Counted from the stretch's first letter, positions 30,475 to 41,079 are shown. The stretch is DNA of 62,965 nt from an uncultured Thermotogae bacterium (GCA_964649445.1 CAZYPS010000004.1:1-62965); one strand, 5' to 3'. Notes: generated by a model not told the origin, from the sequence alone. Translations and numbers: made by a program.

Positions 30475-30572
30475 TTGCACCACCTACATTGGAAGTTATA
30501 GTAACCTATGAATTTTGCTAATTCAAAAAGACAATCACAGGTCCTGGAGAGACCCCGTCAAAAGGAAAAAAT

Positions 30573-31319
30573 CTACATTGGTTCGACTCTCGAGCCCGCA
30601 CCGGCAATCAGTTTCTGACCGAAGTGGAATTGCCCGAATTTATCCAAAACGGAAAATCCTTCCTGCAACTGGTCTTCCGTAACTTTCAGCCGTTCAACTT
30701 CGGCCTGGGCAGTACCATTTAATTTTACAAGTACTTTCCTTAACCCGGCGGATATTGAAAAACTTTTCTTCTCCGAGCAATCAGAGCAAATTACTCCCCC
30801 CGTTTCCGGCGAAAATCCAGTGGATCTTTTCTCTTCTACCGACTTACCACATTTACTGCACTTTCCCAGCTGGGGCTGGTAACCCAGATGGCGAAAAAGT
30901 TTCAGGTAGAACGCTAGTTCAACAACCTTCGGACGGTCCTGACTGTCGGTAAGAGCCGATAGAGTATCCTCGACCAAATCGTACGCTTTCCTTTCTTTCT
31001 GACCGTCTTCCAGCAGTTTGTTAATTACCCGGGCGCAGCGGAGCCCGGTATTAATTGCCTCACCGGAACTCCTTAATCCGTCCCAGTTCTCAATTAGCTC
31101 GGCTTCGCTGACAAACTCCAGACCGGAGCCCTGATAGAACACTACTTCAACCAGGTTTAATAGGTCGAATACGCCTCCGAACTTGCTCTCAAGCTTCCTG
31201 GCACCTTTAGCGATGCCGGCAAATTTTCCCGATTCCCTTCCGAACAGAGTAACTACGTAATCGCTATCCTTGAAATTTACTTTCCGAATGACAAAAACCC
31301 TGGCTTTTTCTATTGCCAT
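30573..31319 (-). CDS. recO: DNA repair protein RecO
   Basis: OB-fold N-terminus (VIRKVNFKDSDYVVTLF) and zinc motif CSKCG...CSDC, in the era-recO neighbourhood. Confidence 0.88.
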   Translation of the reverse strand: MAIEKARVFVIRKVNFKDSDYVVTLFGRESGKFAGIAKGARKLESKFGGVFDLLNLVEVVFYQGSGLEFVSEAELIENWDGLRSSGEAINTGLRCARVINKLLEDGQKERKAYDLVEDTLSALTDSQDRPKVVELAFYLKLFRHLGYQPQLGKCSKCGKSVEEKRSTGFSPETGGVICSDCSEKKSFSISAGLRKVLVKLNGTAQAEVERLKVTEDQLQEGFSVLDKFGQFHFGQKLIAGAGSRVEPM

Positions 31320-31334
31320 TAACTATTCCCGAAG

Positions 31335-32009
31335 TTAGGCTTCGGATGCACCTTTAACTATTTCCACGCCGCTACTCGCCCCTAATCTGGTAGCCCCTGC
31401 TTCAATCATTTCAATTGCGTCTTCGTAGTCCCCTATCCCCCCAGCAGCTTTTACACCCACTTCATCCGAAACTACACTACTCATTAATTTTACGTCCTCG
31501 ACCTTTGCGCCGGAAGGACCGAATCCTGTCGAAGTTTTGACGAAATCGGCTCCACTGGCCTGAGATATAACACAACCGGCTCGCTTCGCCTCCTCGGTCA
31601 ATAGTCCCATTTCCAGGATAACTTTAACAAGTACTTCCCTGGTACTTTTTTCTGCTGCTTCAGTAACAGCAGCTATATCCCGGGCAACTAACTCATAATC
31701 ACCTCTCTGCAATGCAGCGATCTTAGCAACCATATCAAGTTCATCAGCACCGTCTTCTATCGCCAGCTGGGCTTCGAAGCCTTTTACCCCCTGCCTGTTG
31801 GCTCCATGAGGAAACCCAACCACGGTAGCAATCTTAACATCCGTATCCTTCAGCAATTCCTTTGCGGTTTTTACGTAAATTGGCTCAACACAGACGGATG
31901 CAAAATCGTATTCCTTCGCCTCCTGACAAACTCTTTCCACGTCTTTTTTCGAAGATTCAGGTCCCAAGGTAGTATGATCGATCATAGACGCCAATTCGGA
32001 TTTTTTCAT
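31335..32009 (-). CDS. deoC: Deoxyribose-phosphate aldolase
   Basis: IDHTTL, active-site FVKTSTGF and a class I aldolase barrel. The ATG at 32009 is preferred because the longer ORF overlaps the era 3' end. Confidence 0.9.
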   Translation of the reverse strand: MKKSELASMIDHTTLGPESSKKDVERVCQEAKEYDFASVCVEPIYVKTAKELLKDTDVKIATVVGFPHGANRQGVKGFEAQLAIEDGADELDMVAKIAALQRGDYELVARDIAAVTEAAEKSTREVLVKVILEMGLLTEEAKRAGCVISQASGADFVKTSTGFGPSGAKVEDVKLMSSVVSDEVGVKAAGGIGDYEDAIEMIEAGATRLGASSGVEIVKGASEA

Positions 32010-32028
32010 AAAAAACCCCCTTTCTTTC

Positions 32029-32925
32029 TTAATTTTGTCCCGTATCAAAACCGGCTAATGATTCCACAGCATCGGACCTTTTGTTCCAATTTTTTGCTAC
32101 TTTTACCTTTAGATCGAGGTAGACCTTACTGCCAGTCAACTTTTCCAATTCTCCCCGGGCTCGTTTCCCGATCTCCTTTATCTTTTGACCGTTCTCACCA
32201 ATTATTATCCCTTTTTGGGACTCCCTCACTACGAAAATATCGATATAAACTTCCAGCAGTTCCTCCTCATCTCTCTGGTTGTAGGACTTGGTGCGAGTTG
32301 CAACGGAATAAGGTAACTCCTCGTAAGTCAGTTCGTAAACTTTCTCTCTCACGAGTTCCGACATCAGAAATTCCAGCGGTTTATCGGTAGAAACGTCTTC
32401 GGGGAAAAGCTTATTGCCTTCAGGAAGATTCTCGACTATTTTTTCAAGGACGATATCGACCCCATCTCCGGTCAAAGCCGAGATGGGAATATATTCTTCA
32501 AAGATACCTTCATCCTCGTAGGCGTCAAGAGTCCGCGCTATTTCCGCCGGGGAATGAATATCCACCTTATTTACCAGGAGAAATACGTCTTCTTCCTGAC
32601 TCGAAACTTTTTTGAGAAAAGACCGCTCGTCTCCAGGAACTTTTTCCCAGGGTTCAACCATGTAAAGAATTAGATCGGATCCTTTTATTCCCTTTTTCGC
32701 CTCGTCCACCAAGTAACTTCCAAGCGAGTTATCGGGCTCATGAATACCGGGTGTATCCAGAAATACTATCTGGGCATCATCCCGGTTGTAGATACAATTG
32801 ATTCTATTACGGGTGGTTTGAGGTTTGTCGGATGTTATGGAAACTTTATCTCCGACTATCTTATTTATAAAAGTAGATTTACCGACATTTGACTTACCCA
32901 AGAGATGTACGAAACCGGATTTCAA
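32029..32925 (-). CDS. era: GTPase Era
   Basis: GKSNVGKST, DTPG, NKVD and a C-terminal KH domain (VVRESQKGIIIGENG). Confidence 0.95.
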   Translation of the reverse strand: MKSGFVHLLGKSNVGKSTFINKIVGDKVSITSDKPQTTRNRINCIYNRDDAQIVFLDTPGIHEPDNSLGSYLVDEAKKGIKGSDLILYMVEPWEKVPGDERSFLKKVSSQEEDVFLLVNKVDIHSPAEIARTLDAYEDEGIFEEYIPISALTGDGVDIVLEKIVENLPEGNKLFPEDVSTDKPLEFLMSELVREKVYELTYEELPYSVATRTKSYNQRDEEELLEVYIDIFVVRESQKGIIIGENGQKIKEIGKRARGELEKLTGSKVYLDLKVKVAKNWNKRSDAVESLAGFDTGQN

Positions 32926-32999
32926 CCTTATCCTCCTTCTTTAAATAGATTATAGTTAAGGGAGGTAAGTACTTCCAGCACCTTAGCTCAAGAAAACTC

Positions 33000-33028
33000 T
33001 TGTTCACCCTTCCCAAGCTGGGTATAAT
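33000..33028 (+). promoter_or_regulatory. Putative sigma-70 promoter for ispE-cmk-plsC
   Basis: TTGTTC-17 nt-TATAAT, 25 nt upstream of the ispE ATG. Confidence 0.5.
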
Positions 33029-33053
33029 GGCTTTTGATCTTTAAATAAGAAAA

Positions 33054-33971
33054 ATGAACGAGGAGAGAGTTTTCAGATTGAAAATTACAGCCAAAGCTTT
33101 TGCCAAAGTTAATCCTCGCCTGAAAGTACTGGGAAAATTTGACGACGGTTATCACGAACTCGATATCAGCTACTTGAGCGTTAATCTGGCGGACAGGATG
33201 ACTTTCGAACCCTCTCATCGGGAAGGAATTACTATCTCAACCGGAGCGGATATACCACCGGAAAGGAACTTGTGCTATAGGGCTGCAGAAAAGCTCAAAA
33301 AAACCTGCGCCCCGGAGAAAGGAGCGAAAATCACCCTGGAAAAGGGAATACCGATCGGAGGAGGTCTGGGGGGCGGAAGTTCAAACGCCGCTACCACGCT
33401 CATTTGCCTAAATCGGTTGTGGAACTGCGAACTTACCCGGAAAGAGCTAATCGAATTAGGAAAGGAATTTGGAGCCGACGTTCCCTTCTTCTTTTACGGA
33501 GGATACTGCAGTGGCAAAGGAAAGGGTTCCAGGTTAAAGAAAAAAGAAAACGTATTTCGAGATCACCTTATCCCTTTGATTGTACCACCTTTTTCCCAGC
33601 TTACCCCAGAGGTATACTCGAAGTTTGACGAACTGAAAGTTAGTTCTAAGAAACGGACTACCGAAGATGTTCGTGAATTTTCCCCGGGAATCGATAGCTT
33701 CTCAATTGAGAACGACCTTCAGAAAGCATCGTTAGAAATTAACCCCGAACTGCAAACTTATTTGGACCTACTCAAGAACGCCTCCACGATTAAAACGGCG
33801 GGCTTGGCCGGAAGCGGAAGTACGATATTCGGGATTTCCAAGCGGGAAGTTTCCTCTGGAGATATTGAAGGAGAGTTAGAAAAAGATTTGAGTTCTATAT
33901 CCATGGAGGCAAAATTGATTATAACCAGGCCGACAAACCACGGTCAGTTAATCAAGGAGAAAGAGAGATAA
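33054..33971 (+). CDS. ispE: 4-diphosphocytidyl-2-C-methyl-D-erythritol kinase
   Basis: GHMP kinase motif PIGGGLGGGSSNAA and the IspE N-terminus (AKVNPRLKVLGK..DGYHEL). Confidence 0.92.
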   Translation: MNEERVFRLKITAKAFAKVNPRLKVLGKFDDGYHELDISYLSVNLADRMTFEPSHREGITISTGADIPPERNLCYRAAEKLKKTCAPEKGAKITLEKGIPIGGGLGGGSSNAATTLICLNRLWNCELTRKELIELGKEFGADVPFFFYGGYCSGKGKGSRLKKKENVFRDHLIPLIVPPFSQLTPEVYSKFDELKVSSKKRTTEDVREFSPGIDSFSIENDLQKASLEINPELQTYLDLLKNASTIKTAGLAGSGSTIFGISKREVSSGDIEGELEKDLSSISMEAKLIITRPTNHGQLIKEKER

Positions 33972-33972
33972 T

Positions 33973-34611
33973 ATGCAGGTGACTATAGACGGACCGGCCG
34001 GTGTAGGAAAGACCAGCGTAGGACGAGAAGTTGCCGAAAGATTCTCTCTGCTTTTCATCCAGTCCGGACAACTGTACAGAGCGCTAGCCTACGGAAGAAT
34101 AAACGACCTTAAACTCGAATCACTTAGTCTCAGCAAATCCAACGATAAAATCGAACCGGAATTAACAATTGGAGGTGAAAGATTAGGAGAAGAACTCACC
34201 ACGGAAGTAATCGGTGAGAAAGCTTCCAAGCTGGCCAAAGAGGAAGAGATAAGGGAACAAGTAAATGACATTATCGTTGAGATTTCTGAAGAAAAGGACG
34301 TTCTTGTCGAGGGCAGGGACATCGGGACGGCGGTTTTAACAAAAGCAAAGGTCAAAATATATCTGACAGCTTCGGCAGAAGAACGAGCAAGGCGGAGAAA
34401 AAGCCAGCTTAAAACCGACCGATCCCTGAAAGAAATTAAAGCGAGTATCAAAAAGCGCGACAATCGTGACCAGACTAGAGACCTGGCCCCACTCAAGCCG
34501 GCTGGCGACGCGATAGTTATCGATACCACCACACTGTCGGAAAGAGAAGTAATCGATCGGGTTTCCGAAATAGTTAGGACCAAATACGCGGAAAGAAGTG
34601 ATCGAAAGTGA
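33973..34611 (+). CDS. cmk: Cytidylate kinase
   Basis: IDGPAGVGKTS P-loop, EGRDIGT, and the canonical cmk-plsC-rpsA neighbourhood. Confidence 0.93.
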   Translation: MQVTIDGPAGVGKTSVGREVAERFSLLFIQSGQLYRALAYGRINDLKLESLSLSKSNDKIEPELTIGGERLGEELTTEVIGEKASKLAKEEEIREQVNDIIVEISEEKDVLVEGRDIGTAVLTKAKVKIYLTASAEERARRRKSQLKTDRSLKEIKASIKKRDNRDQTRDLAPLKPAGDAIVIDTTTLSEREVIDRVSEIVRTKYAERSDRK

Positions 34612-35261
34612 GAGAAAAAATCGGTAAAATTCTACATAGACTGGGTTACTTCTGTCTTCTTCTAATCCTCTACCTTGCCTCCAAAGTTTTCTTCAGGTTA
34701 AAAATCAAGGGAAGGGAAAACATCCCGCGTAAAGCTGATGACCTGGTGATTACGTCAACTCATACGAGTTACTGGGACCCTCCAATAGTGGGTATAACCT
34801 TTGGGCTCCTGCGGAAAATTCGTTTTATCGCCCGAAAGGGTCTGTTAGATAATCCGATTTTCTCGCTTCCCGTGAGAACTTACGCTACCACAATAAACAG
34901 GGATGATTTCGGAAAAGAGGACCTTATTAACATGCTCAAAACATTTAAAAAAAAAGAACCAATCTGTGTATTTCCTGAAGGTACGACCTCCGAAGACTCT
35001 CCTCCCAAAAGCGGAACCGTAAGACTGGCCGAAAAGACAAACAGAAGATTCCTGCCGATGAAGATCGAATACGGCAGGAGCCCCACCGAATTTCCGTTTT
35101 TCTTCGCCCCTGCTGAAGTAACAGTGGGTCCCCCGATAGGTCTCGAGCACCTAAAACGATCCTCGAACAAAACCAGGGACCCGGAAGAGTCAGAATCCGA
35201 AGGAAAGGTTGACTACCAGAAGTTAAGCATTGAACTAATGGATCATATACACCAGCTTTGA
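34608..35261 (+). CDS. plsC: 1-acyl-sn-glycerol-3-phosphate acyltransferase
   Basis: HX4D motif HTSYWDP and FPEGT motif. The GTG start overlaps the cmk stop. Confidence 0.88.
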   Translation: MREKIGKILHRLGYFCLLLILYLASKVFFRLKIKGRENIPRKADDLVITSTHTSYWDPPIVGITFGLLRKIRFIARKGLLDNPIFSLPVRTYATTINRDDFGKEDLINMLKTFKKKEPICVFPEGTTSEDSPPKSGTVRLAEKTNRRFLPMKIEYGRSPTEFPFFFAPAEVTVGPPIGLEHLKRSSNKTRDPEESESEGKVDYQKLSIELMDHIHQL

Positions 35262-35345
35262 AACTGCAGTCAATTAAACCGGAGAAAAAAGGAAACCAAT
35301 TTTGGGTTCGGTTGGTTGAACAAAAATTTTATCCCATCTTGCCTG

Positions 35346-35374
35346 TTGATTCAAAGTAAAATAGAGGTTATTAT
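35346..35374 (+). promoter_or_regulatory. Putative sigma-70 promoter for rpsA
   Basis: TTGATT-17 nt-TATTAT, leaving a leader of roughly 80 nt before rpsA. Confidence 0.4.
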
Positions 35375-35455
35375 ATTATCACCTTTGCAAGGTCGGTAAA
35401 ATCACAAGCCTAGAAGGTGGGCTTGTTAAAATTCTAATTAATAGGTGGTCGTTTG

Positions 35456-37126
35456 ATGGAAGACAAAATTAAGATGGAAGAAGCTTTTGACGAAACTGAC
35501 GTAAGGACGTATAGCCGGGGCGATACTATTACAGGTAGTGTCGTTCAGGTCGAAGAGAAGGACATTTTAGTGGATATCGGATATAAATCGGAGGGAATCC
35601 TACCAAAATCGGAACTTTCACCGTTTAGGGAAGAAGAGGGTATCGACACGGGAGAAGAGGTCGAGGTCCTCGTAACTTACATCGACGAGGAAAAAGGTAC
35701 GGTTTACGTATCGGAGAAACAGGCAGCCTACGAGAGGAAAATCGGAGAGCTCGAGGAAGCGTTCAAGAACGACGAGACAATTACTGGGACTATCACCGAG
35801 GAAGTAAAGAGTGCCGGATATCACGTGAATGTGGATGGCATACAGGCCTTCCTGCCGGGATCACATCTAGGTTCAGACATGCCCAGCGTAATCTCGGAAT
35901 TGAAAGGTAAGGAGCTCAAGTTCAAGATACTCGAACTATCCCGGAAAAACCGGAATATAGTTATCTCTCGGAGGGAATACCTCAGTGAAAAACAGGAAGA
36001 ACGAATCGACGAAATATTCGAAGAACTCGAAGTTGGGCAGACTATAACTGGGGAAATAAAATCAGTTGTGGACTTCGGCCTGTTCGTCGACATCGGTGGC
36101 TTCGAAGGTTTAGTCCATCGTTCCGAAATTAGCTGGAAAGATCTCCCCGCTCCTCCCGATGATTACGAGGAAGGAGACGAAGTCGATGTAAAGGTAATAG
36201 ATCTAGACAGAGAGGAAGAGAAAATATCCCTCTCGATAAAACGGCTGACTCCGAACCCCTGGGAAGGAGTTTCGGACCGTTATCCCGTCGGCGAGACCGT
36301 GGAAGGCGAAGTAGTCTCGATTACGGACTTCGGAGCGTTTATAGAGCTTGAAGAGGATGTCGAAGGCCTTATCCATATCTCCGAACTATCCTGGGGTTAT
36401 CCCGAAGACCCACACGAAGTAGTAGAAGTGGGAGAAACCGTAAAGGCAGAGGTACTGGAAGTGGACGAGGAAGAACAGAGGATTAGTCTTTCGGCCAGAA
36501 AAGCTCAACAAGATCCCTGGGAAAAGATCGAAGATGCCTACGAGCCGGGAACCGAGGTTAGCGGTGAAGTTACCAAGGTTACGGACTTCGGTGCGTTCGT
36601 CCAGTTAGAGGAAGGCGTTGAAGGACTAGTTCACGTCTCCGAACTCTCCTGGGATCATGTAAACCACCCGAGCGATATGCTCTCAGAAGGTGACAAAGTC
36701 AATACACAGGTGCTCGAGGTAAACAAACAGGACCGAAGAATAAGCCTGAGTATCAAACAGGCCCAGAAAGATCCGTGGCATGAATTCCAGGATCTCTATT
36801 CTGTCGGATCAAAGGTAAAAGGTGAAATATCCGAGCTAAAGGACTTTGGAGCCTTCATTCAGATCACCGATGATGTTGAAGGCCTCATTCACGTATCAGA
36901 GATTTCGACTGAAAATGTTTCCGCGCCCGAAGACGTATTAGAAGTAGGCGATGAGGTAGAAGCAAAGATAATCGGGATCAACGACGAGAAAAGACAAGTT
37001 CGTCTCTCTATTAGAATCCTTCAGGAAGAAGAGCAAGGAAAATCTCAAGACGGAGATTCCGAAGAGGACGAAGGCGGACACGAAACGATCTCGATGCGGG
37101 AACATCTCGAAGACAAAGGCCTTTAA
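35456..37126 (+). CDS. rpsA: 30S ribosomal protein S1 (six S1 domains)
   Basis: Six repeated S1 OB motifs (G..V.G.V..V..FGAF(V/I)....VEGL(I/V)H.SE(L/I)S). The ATG at 35456 follows AGGTGG; the track ORF starts at TTG 35453. Confidence 0.95.
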   Translation: MEDKIKMEEAFDETDVRTYSRGDTITGSVVQVEEKDILVDIGYKSEGILPKSELSPFREEEGIDTGEEVEVLVTYIDEEKGTVYVSEKQAAYERKIGELEEAFKNDETITGTITEEVKSAGYHVNVDGIQAFLPGSHLGSDMPSVISELKGKELKFKILELSRKNRNIVISRREYLSEKQEERIDEIFEELEVGQTITGEIKSVVDFGLFVDIGGFEGLVHRSEISWKDLPAPPDDYEEGDEVDVKVIDLDREEEKISLSIKRLTPNPWEGVSDRYPVGETVEGEVVSITDFGAFIELEEDVEGLIHISELSWGYPEDPHEVVEVGETVKAEVLEVDEEEQRISLSARKAQQDPWEKIEDAYEPGTEVSGEVTKVTDFGAFVQLEEGVEGLVHVSELSWDHVNHPSDMLSEGDKVNTQVLEVNKQDRRISLSIKQAQKDPWHEFQDLYSVGSKVKGEISELKDFGAFIQITDDVEGLIHVSEISTENVSAPEDVLEVGDEVEAKIIGINDEKRQVRLSIRILQEEEQGKSQDGDSEEDEGGHETISMREHLEDKGL

Positions 37127-37134
37127 CGCACCGG

Positions 37135-37716
37135 ATGGACGGCAACCTGTTCCTTCTCCTAGCTTTCGCTCTTGCGTCCTATTTAATGGGAGCTATCCCT
37201 TTTAGCTATCTAATCCCGAAGGTTTTTCTGGACATTGACGTAAGACAACATGGCTCCGGAAACCCCGGAGCCTCCAACGTCTCTCGGGTATGCGGGAAAG
37301 GTTACGGGATAGCTGCCTTGATTATGGACGTGGGTAAAGGGATAGTTGCTGCTTTTATGATCCAGCAACTGGGTTTACCTCTGGGGTTGAGTTTTCTGGC
37401 GATACTCGGTCACGTGGTAAACCCTTTTCTCCAGTTTTCTGGAGGTAAAGGAGTAGCAACTTCCCTCGGCGTGATAAGCTATATCTCCCCTTTCTCCGGC
37501 CTGATTTTTATCTCAATATGGGTAATCATTCTACTGATTTGGAATGTTGCCGGACTCAGTTCTCTGGTGGCAATCTCCTCCACCCCTATTGCTTTTTATT
37601 TTTTTGACGTTAAGAGTCCGCCTGTCTGGATTTCTCTGGCTCTGGCCGGCCTCATCTACTACACTCACCGCGGCAACATAGCCAGACTCGTTCGAGGAGA
37701 AGAACGAAACATCTAA
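37135..37716 (+). CDS. plsY: Glycerol-3-phosphate acyltransferase PlsY
   Basis: GSGNPGASNV and GGKGVAT motifs in a polytopic membrane protein. Confidence 0.93.
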   Translation: MDGNLFLLLAFALASYLMGAIPFSYLIPKVFLDIDVRQHGSGNPGASNVSRVCGKGYGIAALIMDVGKGIVAAFMIQQLGLPLGLSFLAILGHVVNPFLQFSGGKGVATSLGVISYISPFSGLIFISIWVIILLIWNVAGLSSLVAISSTPIAFYFFDVKSPPVWISLALAGLIYYTHRGNIARLVRGEERNI

Positions 37717-37763
37717 AGACGGACTAAACGCATATCATTCATTTCATATCATTCTTTTAAAAA

Positions 37764-38123
37764 TCAGCTCTCAAGAACGGCCATAGCAAGAGCATAGTCC
37801 TCAATGTGGGTAATTGAGATATGTAAATTTTCTTCTGAGTAGCCTATCGCTTTATCGCTGCCAACCAGGGCAACTGGTCTTCCGTTACTTTCGGATAGCA
37901 CTTCAATTGATTTCCATGGTAACTTTACACCAAACGCCTTTAATACGGCCTCTTTGGCTGCAAATCGACCCGCCAGGTGTTCGTGTTTTCTCCGGTTTGT
38001 TAGACAGTAATCAAGTTCCGATTCGGTGTAGACCCTCTCCAGAAACCTGCTCTCCCATTTATCAACAAGATGTTTTATTCTCGGGACTTTTACTATATCT
38101 ATTCCTACACCCCGGACAACCAT
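37764..38123 (-). CDS. acpS: Holo-[acyl-carrier-protein] synthase
   Basis: GVGIDIVKVPRI..., LAGRFAAKEAVLKA, ISITH. The ATG at 38123 follows AGGTGGA; the track ORF extends to GTG 38135. Confidence 0.92.
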   Translation of the reverse strand: MVVRGVGIDIVKVPRIKHLVDKWESRFLERVYTESELDYCLTNRRKHEHLAGRFAAKEAVLKAFGVKLPWKSIEVLSESNGRPVALVGSDKAIGYSEENLHISITHIEDYALAMAVLES

Positions 38124-38157
38124 ACTGGATTCCACCTAATTATATTTAATTATACTT

Positions 38158-38757
38158 TTACACTCTAAGTCTCTCAGCTCTAATTACAGCTTCAAGATCA
38201 CTTACAGCTTTTTTTAACTCTTTGTTCACAATTAAATAATCGAACTCAGGTATCCGGGACAGTTCTTTCCGGGCAATGCTTATCCGCTTTTCTATTGTGT
38301 CCTCGGTTTCCGCTCCCCGATCCGTAATTCTCCGCTTCAGTTCTTTGAGAGAAGGTGGGGCGAGAAAGACGAAGACCGCATCCAAGGAAGGATCTGACCT
38401 GAGTTGCCTGGCCCCCTGAACGTCGATATCCAGGAAAGGATCGGACTCTTCCCGTTTTATGCTTTCTATCTCTTCTCTAGAAGTACCGTAGTAATCCCCG
38501 CAGAATTCGGCCCATTCCAGGAAACCGTCATTTTCAATGATTTCTTCAAACTCCCGCCTGTCAACAAAGTGGTAGTCCTCCCCGTCCACCTCACCCGACC
38601 TCTTATTCCTTGTGGTGTGTGAGATAGAATAGGCGAGTCTTTCGTCCCCTTCCAGCGCCCGGTCCATGATGGTCGTCTTCCCAACCCCCGAAGGACCGGT
38701 TATAACAAAAAATATTCCCTTCCTTCTGTATTCTTCGTAGGAATCATTCGGCGACAT
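38158..38757 (-). CDS. gmk: Guanylate kinase
   Basis: GPSGVGKTT P-loop, S.TTR, EYGNxYGT-like WAEFCGDYYGTS. The ATG at 38757 follows AGGGG; the longer ORF to 38799 has no SD. Confidence 0.93.
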   Translation of the reverse strand: MSPNDSYEEYRRKGIFFVITGPSGVGKTTIMDRALEGDERLAYSISHTTRNKRSGEVDGEDYHFVDRREFEEIIENDGFLEWAEFCGDYYGTSREEIESIKREESDPFLDIDVQGARQLRSDPSLDAVFVFLAPPSLKELKRRITDRGAETEDTIEKRISIARKELSRIPEFDYLIVNKELKKAVSDLEAVIRAERLRV

Positions 38758-38827
38758 AATAGCCCCTAACTCACAAGAAAGTAAATATAATATTCTCAAA
38801 TTTTTTTAGAATTAATATGCAGGGAAA

Positions 38828-39724
38828 TCAGGCCAGGTTTCTAGACTGCTCTTTGAACTTCTCCAGAGCTAGTTTCATCTCAATAACTTTTGACTGGATC
38901 CCGCTGTCTTTTGATTTCGCCCCCAAAGTATTTATCTCTCGCTGAAGTTCCTGCCTTATAAACTCGAGCTTCTTTCCTACCATTCCGCCTTCCTCTAAGG
39001 TTTCCCGCGCCGTTTTAACGTGTGATTTCGCCCGGGATAATTCCTCATTAACGTCTACCTTGTCAGCAAAAGAAGCAACTTCCTGCTCCAGTTTTTCTTC
39101 GTCTGGGTCTACCCGATCTTCAAGCAACTTGTCCAACCTATCCTCCAGCTCGCGCTTGTACCGGCGTACCACTTCCGGTACCTCCTCTTCCGCTTCCTCC
39201 AGTCGCCCCAGGATTTCTTCCAGGTGATCCAGCAGATCTTCTCTGATTGACTGACCTTCTTTTTTCTGGGACTCAAGCGCTTCCCCCACTGCCTGACTCA
39301 AACCGTCCTTAACCGCGCGCCAGGAATCTTTGTAAAGTGGTGTGGTTTCGAGTAAATCCAGGGAAATCAAGTCACTCAGACTCGGGCCTTCCGGAATCCC
39401 CAGGTCCTCTGCAACCTGAGAAAGACTGGCAAAACTTTTGCGAATAGCGTCACTATCCAGTTCGTCAGGGGCAAGACCTTCACTTTCTTCTACTTGGACC
39501 CTTACTTCTATTCGTCCCCTTGGAAAAGACTCTTTAACGTAATTTTCGGCTTTGTGAACTAGAGACTTATCTTCCCTGAGACCTCGAACTTTGACAGAAG
39601 TATTCTCATGGTTCAAAGTTCGGATGTTTACCTGCACCTTCCTCTCTCCAAGATTTCCTGTCCCTTCACCGTATCCAGTCATAGAATAGACCTGATCGCT
39701 ATCTTCGAAATCCGAGGGCGCCAT
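38828..39724 (-). CDS. yicC: YicC/YloC-family stress-induced endoribonuclease
   Basis: SMTGYG N-terminus and the C-terminal signature GKKLEFIRQELQREINTLGAKS. Canonical yicC-gmk linkage. SD GGGAGG lies before the ATG at 39724. Confidence 0.9.
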   Translation of the reverse strand: MAPSDFEDSDQVYSMTGYGEGTGNLGERKVQVNIRTLNHENTSVKVRGLREDKSLVHKAENYVKESFPRGRIEVRVQVEESEGLAPDELDSDAIRKSFASLSQVAEDLGIPEGPSLSDLISLDLLETTPLYKDSWRAVKDGLSQAVGEALESQKKEGQSIREDLLDHLEEILGRLEEAEEEVPEVVRRYKRELEDRLDKLLEDRVDPDEEKLEQEVASFADKVDVNEELSRAKSHVKTARETLEEGGMVGKKLEFIRQELQREINTLGAKSKDSGIQSKVIEMKLALEKFKEQSRNLA

Positions 39725-40544
39725 AACCTACTACCTCCCTTCCGTATCCCGCGATTTCTCCCGAAGTCGCGTATTTTAACCTGGTCGGCCTTAGATCCTG
39801 TTCCAGGGCAAAATTGAGCAAAACCCCGATAGAACCGTATCCACAGATCGATATTTCGTGTTTCCGAACGGTTTCGTAAAAATCCCGGACTTCCCGGTCC
39901 ATTATGGATTCAAAGGCCTGTTCGTCCTTTTTCTCGGCAACCTCCTGAGTCTCGTAATGGGTAAAATCGGTGCTGGCAATTATCAAAGCCCCTTCCGAAA
40001 GGTTCTCGGACAGTGCGGCAGCAACATCCCTAGCTACCTCTTCTCCCTGGTCTTTTAAAGAGATTGGAACGATTGAAACCTCACTCCCCCAGAGATGCTG
40101 GAGAAACGGTAACTGAACTTCGATCGAATGTTCCCGGCTAAACGAGGTAGAATCTTCCTCAAGCAAATCACTCGACTCCAGTAATTTTTCGGCTAGTTCA
40201 GAGTCGAACTCAACTTCCCCTAATGGGGTGGTCCACTTACCTTCACAAACCAGGGAAGCAGCCGAACCAAGCCCTGAATGGTTCGTTCCGATAATAACTG
40301 TGACCTCAGGTCTTCCCAGTTCAGCTACCCAGCCAAAAGCGTGAGCCGCCACGGGGCCGGAATAAGTATAGCCGGCGTGAGGTGCTACCAACCCAACCGG
40401 GGACGATAGACCTTCTTCTGCAACTTCGGGTAATTCTCCCGGTCCGAATCCATGAGAATAGCAATCCTCAATTTTATCTATCAATTCCTGTCTTCTTTCG
40501 GGATAGAATTTTCCCGCTACTACAGGTCCAAAAGTTTTTGTCAT
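39699..40544 (-). CDS. AmmeMemoRadiSam system protein B (MEMO1-family)
   Basis: PVVAGKFYP N-terminus, APHAGYTYSG, GTNH, and the DFTHYE motif typical of Memo-like proteins. Confidence 0.85.
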   Translation of the reverse strand: MTKTFGPVVAGKFYPERRQELIDKIEDCYSHGFGPGELPEVAEEGLSSPVGLVAPHAGYTYSGPVAAHAFGWVAELGRPEVTVIIGTNHSGLGSAASLVCEGKWTTPLGEVEFDSELAEKLLESSDLLEEDSTSFSREHSIEVQLPFLQHLWGSEVSIVPISLKDQGEEVARDVAAALSENLSEGALIIASTDFTHYETQEVAEKKDEQAFESIMDREVRDFYETVRKHEISICGYGSIGVLLNFALEQDLRPTRLKYATSGEIAGYGREVVGYGALGFRR

Positions 40545-41051
40545 GGAATCACGAACTCCTTTCCTTATTACCGTCCGTTAGATTAATCCAGTTAACTTTT
40601 TCTTTATTTCAGTCATTTTAGAGATCGAGCATAGAATTATAGGTTAAGCAGGTACCATTGGCAAAACCAAAAAAACAAACCGTACCACTGCTGTACAAAA
40701 GCGAGAATAATTCACGAGCAATGGTACTACTTTAGTCCACAGATCCTCCGCCACTTAACTGACAGCCTGATCTTTGACTTCATAAAGGCGGTTTTTAAGT
40801 TAAATTGAGCCGGACAAGGACAGATTGTAGACCCGCCCTAAAAATTAGTTTTAGCGGCTTAATTATTACCGGGATGAAATAATTTCGGGGTTTCAGAAAA
40901 TTTTACAAATAAGTCACCGGGACCAAGACCCCTCTAGTTAAATCTTAACCAACCCAAATATCCTCAGGTAACTTTTCGGTATTAGTAGACTAATTAAGGT
41001 TATGATAATCTTAGCTAACTTCTACGAGCAACAGTCAGACAAAGATTTCCA

Positions 41052-41079
41052 TTGATCTGGGATCGGACTTCCGTATAAT
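41052..41079 (+). promoter_or_regulatory. Putative sigma-70 promoter for the tRNA-Gln/tRNA-Glu pair
   Basis: TTGATC-16 nt-TATAAT, ending 11 nt before the first tRNA. Confidence 0.55.

Noticed and set aside
39699-40544. A complete AmmeMemoRadiSam three-gene system around the Memo-like gene.
   Set aside because: Only protein B (Memo-like) is present. Its neighbours are yicC and a non-coding region, and no AMMECR1-like or radical-SAM gene occurs in the window.
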